Below, one piece after another: positions 31,250 to 41,203 of a stretch of 64,000 bases of DNA. Position 1 is the first letter of the stretch. Every line of letters begins with the position of its first letter. A model generated the notes under the pieces. It saw nothing but the letters and a program-made list of their open reading frames with translations, was not told the DNA's origin and made no database searches. The translations under genes and the position numbers were made by a program. The stretch comes from an uncultured virus (IMG/VR IMGVR_UViG_3300018080_006410) (Duplodnaviria; Heunggongvirae; Uroviricota; Caudoviricetes), in the IMG/VR virus record IMGVR_UViG_3300018080_006410, one strand, 5' to 3'.

Positions 31250-32464
31250 TCACATGTAGTCGATGTCCTCGTCGTCCTCGATCTCCTTCATGAGGTCGCG
31301 GTCGAGGACGTTCTTGGCGGTCTCGTTGACGACCGCCCGCTCATCGGGCGCCATGCCCGTCATGATGGACAGGTAGAGCGCCTTCCCGAGGTCGCCCCAG
31401 ATGCGATAGAGGTTCGCTATGGCGATCAAGTGCCGGGTGCCGAAAGGCTCCCGCAGGCGCTCGGTCTTGATTTGGGCCCTGATCTGGTCGCGGAGGCGCA
31501 GGATGTCCCGGACCACCCTGTCGTCGCCCACCTTCTCCATGAGAATGCCCTTCTCCAGCTTCCTGTCATAGCCGAAGCGGAAAGTGGCAGCCACCCGGTT
31601 GATGCCCGAGATGTCCTGAGCGTCCGCCTGGGCCGTGTGAAGGGCCTCGCCCATGGTCGAGGCCCCGCGCCCCGCCAGGTTGCTCGTGAGGATGATGCGG
31701 AGGCCGCTGTGGCTCCGGATGAGCCTGCCGCCGTCAGCCTCGACCACCAGCCTGCGCCGGGGGTCGTCCGACTCCAGGGAGGCGTTGAGAGCGATGAACA
31801 GGTGGGTCGGCATGGCCGCCCACTCGTCGATCAGGAGAAGCGCCGCCTGGCCGGTCTCGTTGCCGTCCTCGTCGAGCCCCTCCTGCCAGGCCTGGACCAC
31901 GGTGCCCGGCTTGTAGACGACGACCGACTGGCCGGTCTTCTCGTCGACCTCGACGGTCTTCTCGCCGAAGAGGTCGGCGGAGGTCATGTCGCCATGGCAC
32001 TGGAGGCGGTAGAACTTGCGTCCCGTCAGCTCGGCGATGCGGCGAGCCTCGAAGGTCTTGCCGCAGCCCGCGGGCCCGACGAACATGAGGACGTGGCTCG
32101 CGTCGTCCGTGACCACGTCGAGCACGTCCTTCTCCTTGGCGTACGGGCGGGAGCTGTGACGGCTCCGGTCCACCTTCGGGGTGGCGGTGGCCTCCGGCCT
32201 GTCAGGATCGGGCACCACGACACCCTTGGGCGGCCCCGCCTGGGCCGGCCGCGCGGCCCCGATGCGGAAGATGGTCATGACGTTGCCGGCCCGCTCGATC
32301 GCGATGCCCCTGGTCGTCAACGCCAGGAGCACCCGCGCCAGGCGCAGGTCCTTGGCGATGTCCACGACGGAAGGATCGTCCGCCTTGACCTCGATGCGGA
32401 CCTCGGTGCCGAGCAGCTGCTCGACCTTGTCCGCCACTTGCTTCTCGTTCGCCTTCGTTGCCAT
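31250..32464 (-). CDS. CobS/CbbQ/NorQ-like AAA+ ATPase
   Basis: GPAGCGKT, LLLIDEW, ILTSN, NRVAATFRFGY, PFGTRHLI. Confidence 0.85.
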   Translation of the reverse strand: MATKANEKQVADKVEQLLGTEVRIEVKADDPSVVDIAKDLRLARVLLALTTRGIAIERAGNVMTIFRIGAARPAQAGPPKGVVVPDPDRPEATATPKVDRSRHSSRPYAKEKDVLDVVTDDASHVLMFVGPAGCGKTFEARRIAELTGRKFYRLQCHGDMTSADLFGEKTVEVDEKTGQSVVVYKPGTVVQAWQEGLDEDGNETGQAALLLIDEWAAMPTHLFIALNASLESDDPRRRLVVEADGGRLIRSHSGLRIILTSNLAGRGASTMGEALHTAQADAQDISGINRVAATFRFGYDRKLEKGILMEKVGDDRVVRDILRLRDQIRAQIKTERLREPFGTRHLIAIANLYRIWGDLGKALYLSIMTGMAPDERAVVNETAKNVLDRDLMKEIEDDEDIDYM

Positions 32465-32490
32465 CTCGGTTCCTCCTTGGTTGGCCGTGT

Positions 32491-32528
32491 CTCCACCCCC
32501 ATATTGCCAAAAGAGGCCGATTTTCCAC
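32491..32528 (-). promoter_or_regulatory. Class A promoter-like motif
   Basis: GTGGAAAATCGGCCTCTTTTGGCAATATGGGGGTGGAG. Confidence 0.75.
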
Positions 32529-32555
32529 GCGTCGCGCGCGTTTTCCTGAAAAAAG

Positions 32556-33218
32556 TCAAACGTCCCCTATCTCGAACCTGGATTCCATGAAGGACCTCTC
32601 GACATCGTCGACCACGATCTCCACGATGCCTCCGACCCTGTCCCACCCCGTCATCCGGTAGACCCGGCCCTCCTCCAGCCCAGGCTCGCCGGCCACGTCC
32701 ACACAGCGCGCCACCGGCTCTGCCAGGACGCCTCCGCCCCCGACCGGAAAGGCGAAGTCAGTCAACGGCCGCATCGACGACAGGCCCTCGATCGCCACCC
32801 ACCCGCACGCCGCGACGCGCGTGATCTGCCGCCAGCGGCCGTCGGACAGGTCCAGGACCCAGAAGCCCGGGGCCAGGTTCGACTCGTCCATGATCTCGAA
32901 GAAGGCCGCGTTGTGATGCCCCTTCCCCGCCACCAGGTAGTAGCCGTCGTCGTCCGCCCCCTCCAACCTCACGACGTCCCCGGCAGCCCCCACGCCGCAG
33001 TCCCGGAGAACCACCGCGTAGACGAAGTCCAGGAACTCGAAAGAGCCCTCCGAGTCGGCCGGCCGGAACGACACCTCGGAGCCGTCGTCGCCGACGACCA
33101 CCACCTTGTCCACGTCCACCGCGGCATGGTCCTCCAGCGCCGGGCGCCCCAGGTACACGCGCCCCTTCCTCAGGACCGCCCCCTCCCGTCCAGAGCCGAC
33201 ATACTTGACGAACATCAT
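32556..33218 (-). CDS. Hypothetical protein
   Basis: ORF MMFVKYVGSG... Confidence 0.6.
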   Translation of the reverse strand: MMFVKYVGSGREGAVLRKGRVYLGRPALEDHAAVDVDKVVVVGDDGSEVSFRPADSEGSFEFLDFVYAVVLRDCGVGAAGDVVRLEGADDDGYYLVAGKGHHNAAFFEIMDESNLAPGFWVLDLSDGRWRQITRVAACGWVAIEGLSSMRPLTDFAFPVGGGGVLAEPVARCVDVAGEPGLEEGRVYRMTGWDRVGGIVEIVVDDVERSFMESRFEIGDV

Positions 33219-33229
33219 ATCGAACCTCC

Positions 33230-33781
33230 TCAGACGGACAGGCGCTCGAAACGCTCCATGAACCACTCGTCCCTCTTGCCCCTCATGTCGGTGACCCACA
33301 GCATCTCGGAGTCGGAATGCCCCTCGGCCGCGTACTGCTCACCCTCGACGAACCTGTCCTCCACGCCGCCCGCGTTGACGCAGACCACGACGAAGGTCCT
33401 CTCCTTCAACTTGGCGGCCGGCATGGCCGGCTGGCTGCCCCGCATGATCCGGGCGCCCTCGGCCCCTGCGGTGTACCAGTCGGTCCCGCGCAGCCAGTCC
33501 CAGTAGATCGGGCCGTCGTACCCCGGCGCGTCGATGTCCACATACCCCTTATCGACCTTCTTCTTCCACAGCTTCTCGGCCTCGCACAAGGCCCCGGTGA
33601 GAGAGCCACACTCGTGGTACGTCTTGCTCTGCTGGGGACCGGTCAGCCGCCGCTTGCCCCACCTGGCCACGACCTCGAACTCGCCCGACGTCGGCCCCTC
33701 GATCACAACCACGACGTACAGCTTGTCGCTCGAGCCTTTGACGCAGTGCCCGACCTTCTGCCATATCGCTCTCTTTTGCAT
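33230..33781 (-). CDS. WGR-domain protein
   Basis: SSDKLY...VVARWGKR...KKKVDKGY. Confidence 0.7.
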   Translation of the reverse strand: MQKRAIWQKVGHCVKGSSDKLYVVVVIEGPTSGEFEVVARWGKRRLTGPQQSKTYHECGSLTGALCEAEKLWKKKVDKGYVDIDAPGYDGPIYWDWLRGTDWYTAGAEGARIMRGSQPAMPAAKLKERTFVVVCVNAGGVEDRFVEGEQYAAEGHSDSEMLWVTDMRGKRDEWFMERFERLSV

Positions 33782-33793
33782 CGTCGTCCCTCC

Positions 33794-35935
33794 TTAGACC
33801 CCGGCGACCTTCAACCGCCCGTCGGTGAGTATCTTGACGAAGTTCCTGGCGAACTCCTTGCCGAAGTCGTCGCCCTTCTTCATGACCACGCTGTTCTCTT
33901 TGCCGTAGTAGCGAGCCGGAGTCGTCGTGTCGATGCTCAGGCTGTAGACCTCGACGCCCGCCTCCCGGGCCCGCTTGCAGACGCGGACCAGGTTGCTCGC
34001 CAGCTCCCGGTCGTTGCCCTGCCCGCCGCAGGGGTCGCCGTCCGAGAGGCTGATGACGACCTTGCGGGACTCCCGGCGCCCCAGCAGCCGGGCAGCCCCG
34101 TGCTCCACGACCTCGCCGTCGATGTGGTGCTTGCGGGCCGCTATCTCGACAATCCTGTGAGCCACGCCGGCCCACCGCTCGCCGAAGCTCTTGTAGTGCA
34201 TGTAGACCACGGGGTTGGTCCGGGTGAAGCCGTCCAGGCACGGACACCTCCTGGCCCCGCCACTGTACTTGGTGGTCGCCCCCACTATCTCGAAGGGGAT
34301 GTTGCAGGCCGACATGGCCTCGCCCATGGCCGCCACGACCTTGCCTATCTCCCTGCAGGCCCACATGGAGCCGCTCTCGTCGATGACCAGGACGACCGCC
34401 GTGTCCAGCTTGGACCCGAGGCGCTTGCGCTCGAAGACGTCCCTGGAGAGGCTCTTGGCCACGTGGACCAGCCGGGTGGCGTCCAGCCGGCCCGACCGCT
34501 TGCCTCGCAACCTGCGACAGCTGGCCATGGCCCTGAGGGCCTGCTCCAGCATCCGGGTCAGCGCGAAGACGGAAGTCTGGATACTCTTCCTGAGAGCCAT
34601 GAACTCGTCCCTGTCGCCAGCCGGGACCGTGTGCTCATCAGTGTGCCTGAGGGCCGTGTACGGACTGGCGCCCGAGCTCCACGCGTCCCTCTCGACTCGC
34701 TCCATCGCCTCCACGACGATCTCGCCCTTGACGAGGTCGATGGGGTTGTCCCCGTCCATGTCCTCGGCAATGGCCCTCTCGACGTCCTCGGGCGTCAAGC
34801 CCCTGTCGACGTCCTCGTCGTCCGGCAGTTCGTCCCTGTGGCCACCACCGGGCCCCCGGCCGCCGCCACCATGACCCTCGGCCCCGTCGTGCCGGTCCGG
34901 CTCGCCGCCCTCGTCCGGCTCGCCGCCCCCGGAGGCTCCATCGCCCTGTCCGTCACCGTCATCGTCCGAACCTCCCCCGCCAGACTGCCCGTCTTCGGAG
35001 TCGCCGGAGTCGTCACCATCGTCCGAACCTCCCCCGCCAGACTGCCCGTCTTCGGAGTCGCCGGAGTCGTCACCATCGTCATCAAGCTCTTTCGAGCCGC
35101 CAGCACCAGAACCGTCGCCGGCGTCCTTGTCACCTTCCTCGTCGGACTCTCCAGCAGGCTCCCCTGCATCCTGGCCACCGGCATCCTGGCCGCCCTCGCC
35201 GTCGCTGTCGTCGGACTTCTTCTCGCCCGGCTGCCCGTCCTGCCCGTCCCGTTCGTCCTCGCCGTCGCCAGAGCCCTGGCCCTGACCGTCGTCCTGCTTC
35301 TCCTGCCAGTCCTTGTTGGCCTGATTGAGAACGGCGTGGAGGCGCTTGGCGAGGTCCAGGGCGTCCCTGGCCGTCTCGCACTCGCGCCACTCGGAGAAGG
35401 TGGCATATCCGGCCTGGTAGTAGTGGTCGGCCTTGTCGGTGAGCTTCCACGTCGGAGCCTCGCCCTCGGACTGGAAGCTCATGGCCGCGAGCGCCTCCCA
35501 CAGTGGAGGATACTCCTTGCCGTCGAGGATGTTGCCGCCGATCTTCCTGTTGGCGATGCCGAGGGCGTCGCGGAAGGTGGACCGGATGCCGGGCCACTCC
35601 TTCGAGAAGGCGCGCTCCATGCGGCGATCCTCGATCGCGTTCCAAATTCCGAAGAGGGGACCCTTGGGCCACTGGCGCCTGGAAACCCCGACGGACTCCT
35701 TGCAGTGGCCGATCTCGTGGTCGGTGTTGCCCCGGAGGACGGTCAGCTCCTCCTGGGTGAACCCCTCGGCGCAAGCGAGGCGGGGAAGGTTGACGACGCC
35801 CTTGTCGGGATCGGCGTTGGGAACGATCTTCTCGTCGTGCCAAACAACCCTGACACCGTCAAGTCCGGCCGCGCCGAGCCCGGCAGCGACCACCGCGTCC
35901 TGCGCCTGTTCCTTGCTGTAGTATCCAACTGGCAT
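33794..35935 (-). CDS. CobT-like VWA-domain protein
   Basis: DHEIGH and NAIEDRRME in N-domain, acidic Gly/Asp linker, [25 protein letters not shown]. Confidence 0.85.
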   Translation of the reverse strand: MPVGYYSKEQAQDAVVAAGLGAAGLDGVRVVWHDEKIVPNADPDKGVVNLPRLACAEGFTQEELTVLRGNTDHEIGHCKESVGVSRRQWPKGPLFGIWNAIEDRRMERAFSKEWPGIRSTFRDALGIANRKIGGNILDGKEYPPLWEALAAMSFQSEGEAPTWKLTDKADHYYQAGYATFSEWRECETARDALDLAKRLHAVLNQANKDWQEKQDDGQGQGSGDGEDERDGQDGQPGEKKSDDSDGEGGQDAGGQDAGEPAGESDEEGDKDAGDGSGAGGSKELDDDGDDSGDSEDGQSGGGGSDDGDDSGDSEDGQSGGGGSDDDGDGQGDGASGGGEPDEGGEPDRHDGAEGHGGGGRGPGGGHRDELPDDEDVDRGLTPEDVERAIAEDMDGDNPIDLVKGEIVVEAMERVERDAWSSGASPYTALRHTDEHTVPAGDRDEFMALRKSIQTSVFALTRMLEQALRAMASCRRLRGKRSGRLDATRLVHVAKSLSRDVFERKRLGSKLDTAVVLVIDESGSMWACREIGKVVAAMGEAMSACNIPFEIVGATTKYSGGARRCPCLDGFTRTNPVVYMHYKSFGERWAGVAHRIVEIAARKHHIDGEVVEHGAARLLGRRESRKVVISLSDGDPCGGQGNDRELASNLVRVCKRAREAGVEVYSLSIDTTTPARYYGKENSVVMKKGDDFGKEFARNFVKILTDGRLKVAGV
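34963..35076. repeat. 57-bp tandem duplication in acidic linker
   Basis: Two copies encoding [19 protein letters not shown]. Confidence 0.8.
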
Positions 35936-35957
35936 CTAGGTTCCTCCTTGGCTTGAA

Positions 35958-35995
35958 CTCCACCCCCATATTGCCAAAAGAGGCCGATTTTCCAC
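35958..35995 (-). promoter_or_regulatory. Class A promoter-like motif
   Basis: Identical to the 32491 copy, with similar flanking sequence. Confidence 0.75.
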
Positions 35996-36023
35996 GCGTC
36001 GCGTGCGTTTTCCTGAAAAAAAG

Positions 36024-36455
36024 TCAGAGTTCCTCGACCCTGTCCACGATCTCAACATGGCCGATCAGGTCAATCAGGCCCTTCGGATCGCTCCCGTCGG
36101 TCCAGACGCCGACGTCCGGACCCTCTTCCTTCGGCTCCGGGGCCGGGGCCGGGACCGAAGCCGACACGGCGCCGACCCTCATGACCCGGGACCAGTCCTT
36201 GTGCCCCTTCGAGCAGCTGGTCCCGATCGCGTCCTCGATCTCCCCGCGCAAGGCGTTCAGCGGACAGTTGGGATCGCTCCCGTCCTCCAGCTGGTAGAGC
36301 TCCGCGCCCACCTCGGCCAGGAGCTTCCCCCAGGCCTCGCAGACCTCCCCCTTCACCGTCGTCTCGGCCGCCCCGGCCACGAAGTCGAGCGTCTCCAGCA
36401 TCCCGATCGCCCAGTCCTTGTCGACCTTGTCGGATATCTCCAGTTCAAGAAACAT
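36024..36455 (-). CDS. Hypothetical protein
   Basis: 143-aa ORF. Confidence 0.6.
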   Translation of the reverse strand: MFLELEISDKVDKDWAIGMLETLDFVAGAAETTVKGEVCEAWGKLLAEVGAELYQLEDGSDPNCPLNALRGEIEDAIGTSCSKGHKDWSRVMRVGAVSASVPAPAPEPKEEGPDVGVWTDGSDPKGLIDLIGHVEIVDRVEEL

Positions 36456-36738
36456 CGGCGTCGCCTCCTTCTTGCGGATCGTTCATCGGACCCTCGCCGA
36501 CCCTCCAGCCCCAGGGCGTCTCCGGCGGCTCCGGCAAGTCGACCGCCACGGCCTCCACCGAGACGCCACCGCCCTCCGGCCACCTCACCGTCAGGCCCGT
36601 CACCCTGGACGGGTCGTCGGACACGCGCCCCTTCAGATGCCCAAGGCTCTCGGCCATCACCTCCGGCCTCTCGAACAGCTGCACCGCGACCTTTCCGTCG
36701 CCGCCCTCGACGAGCAGCACCCCGAGCCCATCTCTCAT
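36445..36738 (-). CDS. Hypothetical protein
   Basis: 97-aa ORF with GGAGG RBS. Confidence 0.55.
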   Translation of the reverse strand: MRDGLGVLLVEGGDGKVAVQLFERPEVMAESLGHLKGRVSDDPSRVTGLTVRWPEGGGVSVEAVAVDLPEPPETPWGWRVGEGPMNDPQEGGDADVS

Positions 36739-36795
36739 CGCGACCTCCTTGCAGACAATCTCCTTACGGCCTACTATACGTCAAAAGGAGCACCG

Positions 36796-37536
36796 ATGGA
36801 CAACCACCTCGACCACTATCTCAAGTTCTACCTCATGCTGGACCCGTCTCGGGGCGTCCTGGCTCGCCTGAACCACAAGGCCGGCTGCACCATGCTGGTC
36901 CAGGCCGTCCTCAGATCGATCGGCCTCCTGGACGAGGCCCTCCGGCACGACCCGTGGGTGCACGTCTACCGGATCGGCCCCCACCACGCCGCGCACCCGG
37001 CCACCCTCGACGCCCTCTCCGACCCGTCAGTCCCAGGCATCCGGACGTCCAGGAACCCATACGCGAGGACCGTCAGCAGCTACTTCCACGCCGTCGTCAT
37101 GGCCAGGACCGCGGGGCCTCACCTCGAATGGCCCCGCAGGTTCGCCGGCATGACCTTCCGAGAGTTCGTCTCCGAGCTCGAACGCCTCGACCTGGAGACC
37201 TTCAACCCTCACGTCGGCTCCCAGCTGAGCCTGCACGACAGGACCTTCCCGAACCGCTACCACGTCGTCAGGATCGAGGACGCCGCCAGCGGGCTCTCCG
37301 AGTTCAACCGGCTCCACGGGACGGACTACTCCTTCGACGGCCTCCCGACCCCCTCCCACCACCAGACGGTCGTCCCGGCGATGAGGTGCGACCCGGACAC
37401 GCGCTTCTACCCGACCAGCGCCGGCGTGCCCCCGTACCGACACTTCTACGACGACCGGCTCCTGCGGGCCGTCAGGAGAATCTTCTCCGCCGACTTCGAC
37501 GCCTTCGGCTATCCCGACGATCCGCCGTGGGGATGA
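36796..37536 (+). CDS. Sulfotransferase family 2 protein
   Basis: NHKAGCT, RNPYARTVSSY, NPHVGSQ, YRHFYDD..DFDAFGY; AAGGAG RBS. Confidence 0.8.
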   Translation: MDNHLDHYLKFYLMLDPSRGVLARLNHKAGCTMLVQAVLRSIGLLDEALRHDPWVHVYRIGPHHAAHPATLDALSDPSVPGIRTSRNPYARTVSSYFHAVVMARTAGPHLEWPRRFAGMTFREFVSELERLDLETFNPHVGSQLSLHDRTFPNRYHVVRIEDAASGLSEFNRLHGTDYSFDGLPTPSHHQTVVPAMRCDPDTRFYPTSAGVPPYRHFYDDRLLRAVRRIFSADFDAFGYPDDPPWG

Positions 37537-37840
37537 GCGCCCGCGTCGACGAGCCACCCCGGCATCGGGCCATCCCCAAAAAGAGGAAGGCCCGCCTCTC
37601 GGCGGGCCAACTTGGAGATCGGCTTCCCGACCGACACCGCGTCCTCTGCCATCCCGGCGCACAATCCCGGGGTGTCGTCGGCAACTGCCCCAGCCCGGGC
37701 CCCTAAGGACCCGCGGGTAGCCTCTCTTGTCAATATTATACTCGATCTCACAGAAAAATCAAGCCTCGGTGCCAGCCGGCGCCCGACGGCGGTCCAAATC
37801 ACGCACGAGACTGCATATTCGAACACACAGCCAGGCCATG

Positions 37841-38479
37841 TCACACCGCCACCCCTATCCTCCTGCCGATCGCATACGAGAGCTGGCCACCGACACCCGG
37901 ATCGAGCTTCGCTTCGGCGCACGCGTCCCGGACCGCCGCCATCAGGTCCTCCTCCCGGATGACCCGATCCTTCGTCACCATCACGCGCGGAAGGTCCCCG
38001 ACCCTCCTGGCGATGACGACGCGCCTTTCCGGATCGTGCATCGCGACCTTCCCGCCGGCGCCCATCACGAGCTCGTCGACGTCGAACGTCTGGACGAAGT
38101 CCCTGTCGATGAAGCACGGGGTCCCCGAGTCATCCCCCTGGAACAGGACCGAGTCGACATTCCGACCCGAGTCGCAGCCCACCTTCACCCACTCCTGCCG
38201 GCGGAACCTCTCGGCACCGTCCGGCTCCGGGCAGAGCATGGCCTCGAACATGTCGTCCTCCCTCCAATGCCACTGCGCCCTGTAAGGCTCGAGGCCGAGC
38301 TTCGTGGCAATCTCGCCCGTCGTCAGCTCCACCCCGCCAGCTCCCAGGCCGGAAAGGTCCGGGGAAAGAAGCATCTCCCTCCGGACCGCCCAGTGCCCAC
38401 AGCCGAACCAGGACGGCGACACGAAGAACGTGTCTCGCCTGGACAGGAACTTCTTCGACAGCTTGACTCCGTCGAACAT
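37841..38479 (-). CDS. Hypothetical protein
   Basis: 212-aa ORF with RBS. Confidence 0.65.
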   Translation of the reverse strand: MFDGVKLSKKFLSRRDTFFVSPSWFGCGHWAVRREMLLSPDLSGLGAGGVELTTGEIATKLGLEPYRAQWHWREDDMFEAMLCPEPDGAERFRRQEWVKVGCDSGRNVDSVLFQGDDSGTPCFIDRDFVQTFDVDELVMGAGGKVAMHDPERRVVIARRVGDLPRVMVTKDRVIREEDLMAAVRDACAEAKLDPGVGGQLSYAIGRRIGVAV

Positions 38480-38491
38480 GGCTCTCCCCTC

Positions 38492-38707
38492 CTACTTGTC
38501 GTCCACCTTCTCCATGGCCGCGGCGAGCCCCTCGTAGTCCCTCATGAGCTCCGCCTCGTCGGCGTAAGACGTCCGGTTCTGCGTCCCCGACCTGTGCGTC
38601 ACGTGCAGCCCGCGCACGACCTCACCCTTGTTCCCCTGCGACGTCGAGACGCCAACCTCCGCCAGCTCCTCGACCCTCACCGTGAACCATTTGCCCCGAT
38701 AGATCAT
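38492..38707 (-). CDS. Hypothetical protein
   Basis: MIYRGKWFTV... Confidence 0.5.
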   Translation of the reverse strand: MIYRGKWFTVRVEELAEVGVSTSQGNKGEVVRGLHVTHRSGTQNRTSYADEAELMRDYEGLAAAMEKVDDK

Positions 38708-38880
38708 CTCGCATCTCCTTGTTCTCGCTCTCTGGCTACCGCCACCAGTCCGCAAAGCTCTCCATCCCATTCTACGTCGTCAGCGCCCTCCATGATTCGT
38801 CATGGGATTATACGCCGCCAAGGAGGAGAAGAAAGACGCGGCCTGCCCTCGGGCTCGGACCAGGGACGCGGAACGGAGGA

Positions 38881-38952
38881 TGGAGCCCCTGCCAGAATCG
38901 AACTGGCGTCTGGGCGCCACAAGTGCCCAGCTCTCCATTGAGCCGGGGACGT
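38881..38952 (-). pseudogene. Degenerate tRNA-like element (possible Thr TGT)
   Basis: D arm GCTC/GAGC, T arm GCCAG-TTCGATT-CTGGC, CCA end; imperfect acceptor and anticodon stems. Confidence 0.5.
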
Positions 38953-39058
38953 CAAGAAAGACCCCCGGGCCCACCCTTCCAACCGGTGTGGCCGCCTCCC
39001 GTGCAACTAGTATAGGAGCCGGACGTCGGAGTCGAACCGACAGGGGTCGAAAACCAAA

Positions 39059-39136
39059 TGGCCTCGAACGACAGGGCTCGAACCTGCGTCCTCCCGGAAA
39101 AAGAGCCGGGACGCTCTACCACTGAGCTACGTCGAG
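39059..39136 (-). ncRNA. tRNA-like RNA with 6-bp anticodon stem and 8-nt loop (copy 1)
   Basis: TCCCGG-CTCTTTTT-CCGGGA arm, canonical D/T arms, bulged acceptor stem, G73-CCA. Confidence 0.75.
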
Positions 39137-39143
39137 ACAAGAT

Positions 39144-39220
39144 TGGCAGGTGAGGCAGGGCTCGAACCTGCGTCCTCCCGGAAAAAGAGCCGGGACGCTC
39201 TACCACTGAGCTACACACCT
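39144..39220 (-). ncRNA. tRNA-like RNA with 6-bp anticodon stem and 8-nt loop (copy 2)
   Basis: 59-nt core identical to copy 1, different acceptor stem, G73-CCA. Confidence 0.75.
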
Positions 39221-39233
39221 GCATCCACTCCTA

Positions 39234-40676
39234 CTATACGCCCGCGGCCCGGACCTTCCGGCCCGACCCGTGAGAATTCGCGTCGGTCGCCCCGAGCGCG
39301 AAGCCGTCGCCGTCCCTGTCGACATGGAAGCCGCCGGCCGGGAGATGCTCGGCCCTGAGGGCCTTGGCCGAGAAGACCCCGGCCCTCCGCAGGGCGAGAG
39401 CCAGTCCCGGGCTCGACACGGCGACGCCGTGCACCAGCTCGGGGGTCGGCGTGAACTCCACGGCCCGGGCACGCCTCCTCGGCCCGACCCAGGACGCCGG
39501 CTCGACGCCGTGCCTCTCGCACGCGGCCACCACCATCTCCTTCGTGCACCGCTCCTTGCCCGCGACGACGTCCCACGGGTACGGAAGCTCAGCCCACACC
39601 TTGGTCCCCGGATGGACGTCGCCGCCCGAGGCCAGGTGCCAACGGACCACGTCCGCCGCCATCAGCCTCATGACCTTGCCCGGGCACAGGGCCTCAAGCA
39701 TGGAGCCCATGCCCATGGCGTGAAGCATCGACACCCAGTGGTCCCGGGCCTTGTTCCACCCGCCGGCCGACTGGTTCCACGTCGACGAGTCGCACCCGCG
39801 CCGCACCACCATCCTCTCCAGGTCGATGCCGCCGCCGGAACCCTCCCAGACCTCCGTGAGAAGGTCGCACGCGTCCTCCAGGAGACCCCACGCCCTCGCG
39901 AGCATGGCGCCCTTCTGGTAGTCCGTCAGGAGCCTCAGGACCCTGTCCACCGGATAGACGGCGGCCACGACGTCCCACCTGGCCGTGTTGGACTTGGTCA
40001 GGCGGTCGTACAGCATCTTGGCCACCACGTCGAAGGCCCGAACCTGGGAGTCGTTCGTGAAGGTGCTCCGAAGGCTCATCCTCGCGCTCATGTACGCCAC
40101 GAAGCAGGCCGTGCCCAGGTCGGCGGAGAAGTCGTCGAAGTCGATCTCCACGGCGAAGCCGCTCTTGCCGATCCGGGTCAGGACGTACTTCTTCCGCTCG
40201 CGGACCATCCTCAGGAGCTTGGACTCCATCCGGCCCAGGAGCCTGAAGCGCTTGTTGTAGGCGCGGTGCCCCATGTCGAGGCCCGCCTGCGCCCGCTGCT
40301 CCCGGTTCATCCGGTGCTTCAGGAAGTCGGACTGCCCGTAGCTCTTGCCGATGGCCGACGACACGCCCTGGACGAAGACCTCCACCCTCTCCGGGTCGAG
40401 GCACTCCTCCACCGACAGCATCGGAACGGAGAAGAGCTCGGACGCCACCTTGACCGGCTTCTCCATGCCCGTCGGGCGATGGAAGTCCGCGGCCATGGAC
40501 GAGTAGCCCAGGAGGTGGCTCCTCGTCGAGATCCTGGTCGCCTGCTTCAAGACGTTCCTCTGGGCCAGCGACAGCCGCGGAAGCAATGCCTCCAGCACGA
40601 CCTCGGCAACATCCTCCGGACGCGGACGCGTCTGAACGCACTCGTACAGCTTCCGAATCGTCTCTTCCCTCTTCAT
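39234..40676 (-). CDS. 480-aa protein of unknown function embedded among tRNA genes
   Basis: Long ORF with RBS; no motif I can assign. Confidence 0.8.
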   Translation of the reverse strand: MKREETIRKLYECVQTRPRPEDVAEVVLEALLPRLSLAQRNVLKQATRISTRSHLLGYSSMAADFHRPTGMEKPVKVASELFSVPMLSVEECLDPERVEVFVQGVSSAIGKSYGQSDFLKHRMNREQRAQAGLDMGHRAYNKRFRLLGRMESKLLRMVRERKKYVLTRIGKSGFAVEIDFDDFSADLGTACFVAYMSARMSLRSTFTNDSQVRAFDVVAKMLYDRLTKSNTARWDVVAAVYPVDRVLRLLTDYQKGAMLARAWGLLEDACDLLTEVWEGSGGGIDLERMVVRRGCDSSTWNQSAGGWNKARDHWVSMLHAMGMGSMLEALCPGKVMRLMAADVVRWHLASGGDVHPGTKVWAELPYPWDVVAGKERCTKEMVVAACERHGVEPASWVGPRRRARAVEFTPTPELVHGVAVSSPGLALALRRAGVFSAKALRAEHLPAGGFHVDRDGDGFALGATDANSHGSGRKVRAAGV

Positions 40677-40726
40677 GTCCCTGCCTCCTTTTCCCTGACG
40701 GCCGATCTCGTCGACCCGGCTTGAGT

Positions 40727-40800
40727 TGGTTCCCCCACCTGGACTCGAACCAGGACCAAAGGATTAACAGTCCTACGTGCTACCATTACACCATGGGGGA
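40727..40800 (-). tRNA. tRNA-Asn(GTT)
   Basis: Cloverleaf, loop CT-GTT-AA, CCA. Confidence 0.9.
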
Positions 40801-40803
40801 GTC

Positions 40804-40880
40804 TGGAGCCCAGAGAGGGACTCGAACCCTCGACCTGCCGATTACGAATCGGCTGCTCTTAGCCACTGAGCTATCCGGGC
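40804..40880 (-). tRNA. tRNA-Thr(CGT)
   Basis: Cloverleaf, loop TT-CGT-AA, CCA. Confidence 0.92.
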
Positions 40881-40998
40881 TTAATGCGGGCCTGCTCTCA
40901 CCCGAGTCACACCACTTCTCCTCCAGCCTGGTCGTCCACGGGTTCGTCCCCGCTCGTCGCCGGACCTTCTTCGGACAGGCAGGTGTCGCCTAAGTTGT

Positions 40999-41094
40999 TG
41001 GAGCCGATGTCTGGACTTGAACCGCCTCGACTACGCGCGCTGATCGAGGAAAACCTCCGGTTTACCCGGTGTGCTACCATTACACCACATCGGC
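40999..41094 (-). pseudogene. Aberrant Thr-like tRNA
   Basis: Perfect acceptor GCCGATG/CATCGGC and D arm; shrunken anticodon arm CCGG-GTAAA-CCGG; extra hairpin; broken T stem. Confidence 0.55.
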
Positions 41095-41105
41095 ATCTGA
41101 ATTGT

Positions 41106-41182
41106 TGGCACACCCGCTCGGGTTCGAACCGAGAACCTGCTGATTAAGAGTCAGCCGCTCTAGCCAACTGAGCTACGGGTGC
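41106..41182 (-). tRNA. tRNA-Lys(CTT)
   Basis: Cloverleaf, loop CT-CTT-AA, G73-CCA. Confidence 0.92.
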
Positions 41183-41203
41183 GAATAGACTCTCCTGTCG
41201 AGT

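Noticed and set aside
38955..39005. Fourth attenuator before the 38881 element
   Set aside because: Weak hairpin with short U-tract; no leader ORF or antiterminator complement found
39014..39056. Additional tRNA or tmRNA 3' end (GTCGG-TTCGACT-CCGAC-GTCCGGC)
   Set aside because: Only a T arm and 3' acceptor strand; no matching 5' half, treated as a remnant
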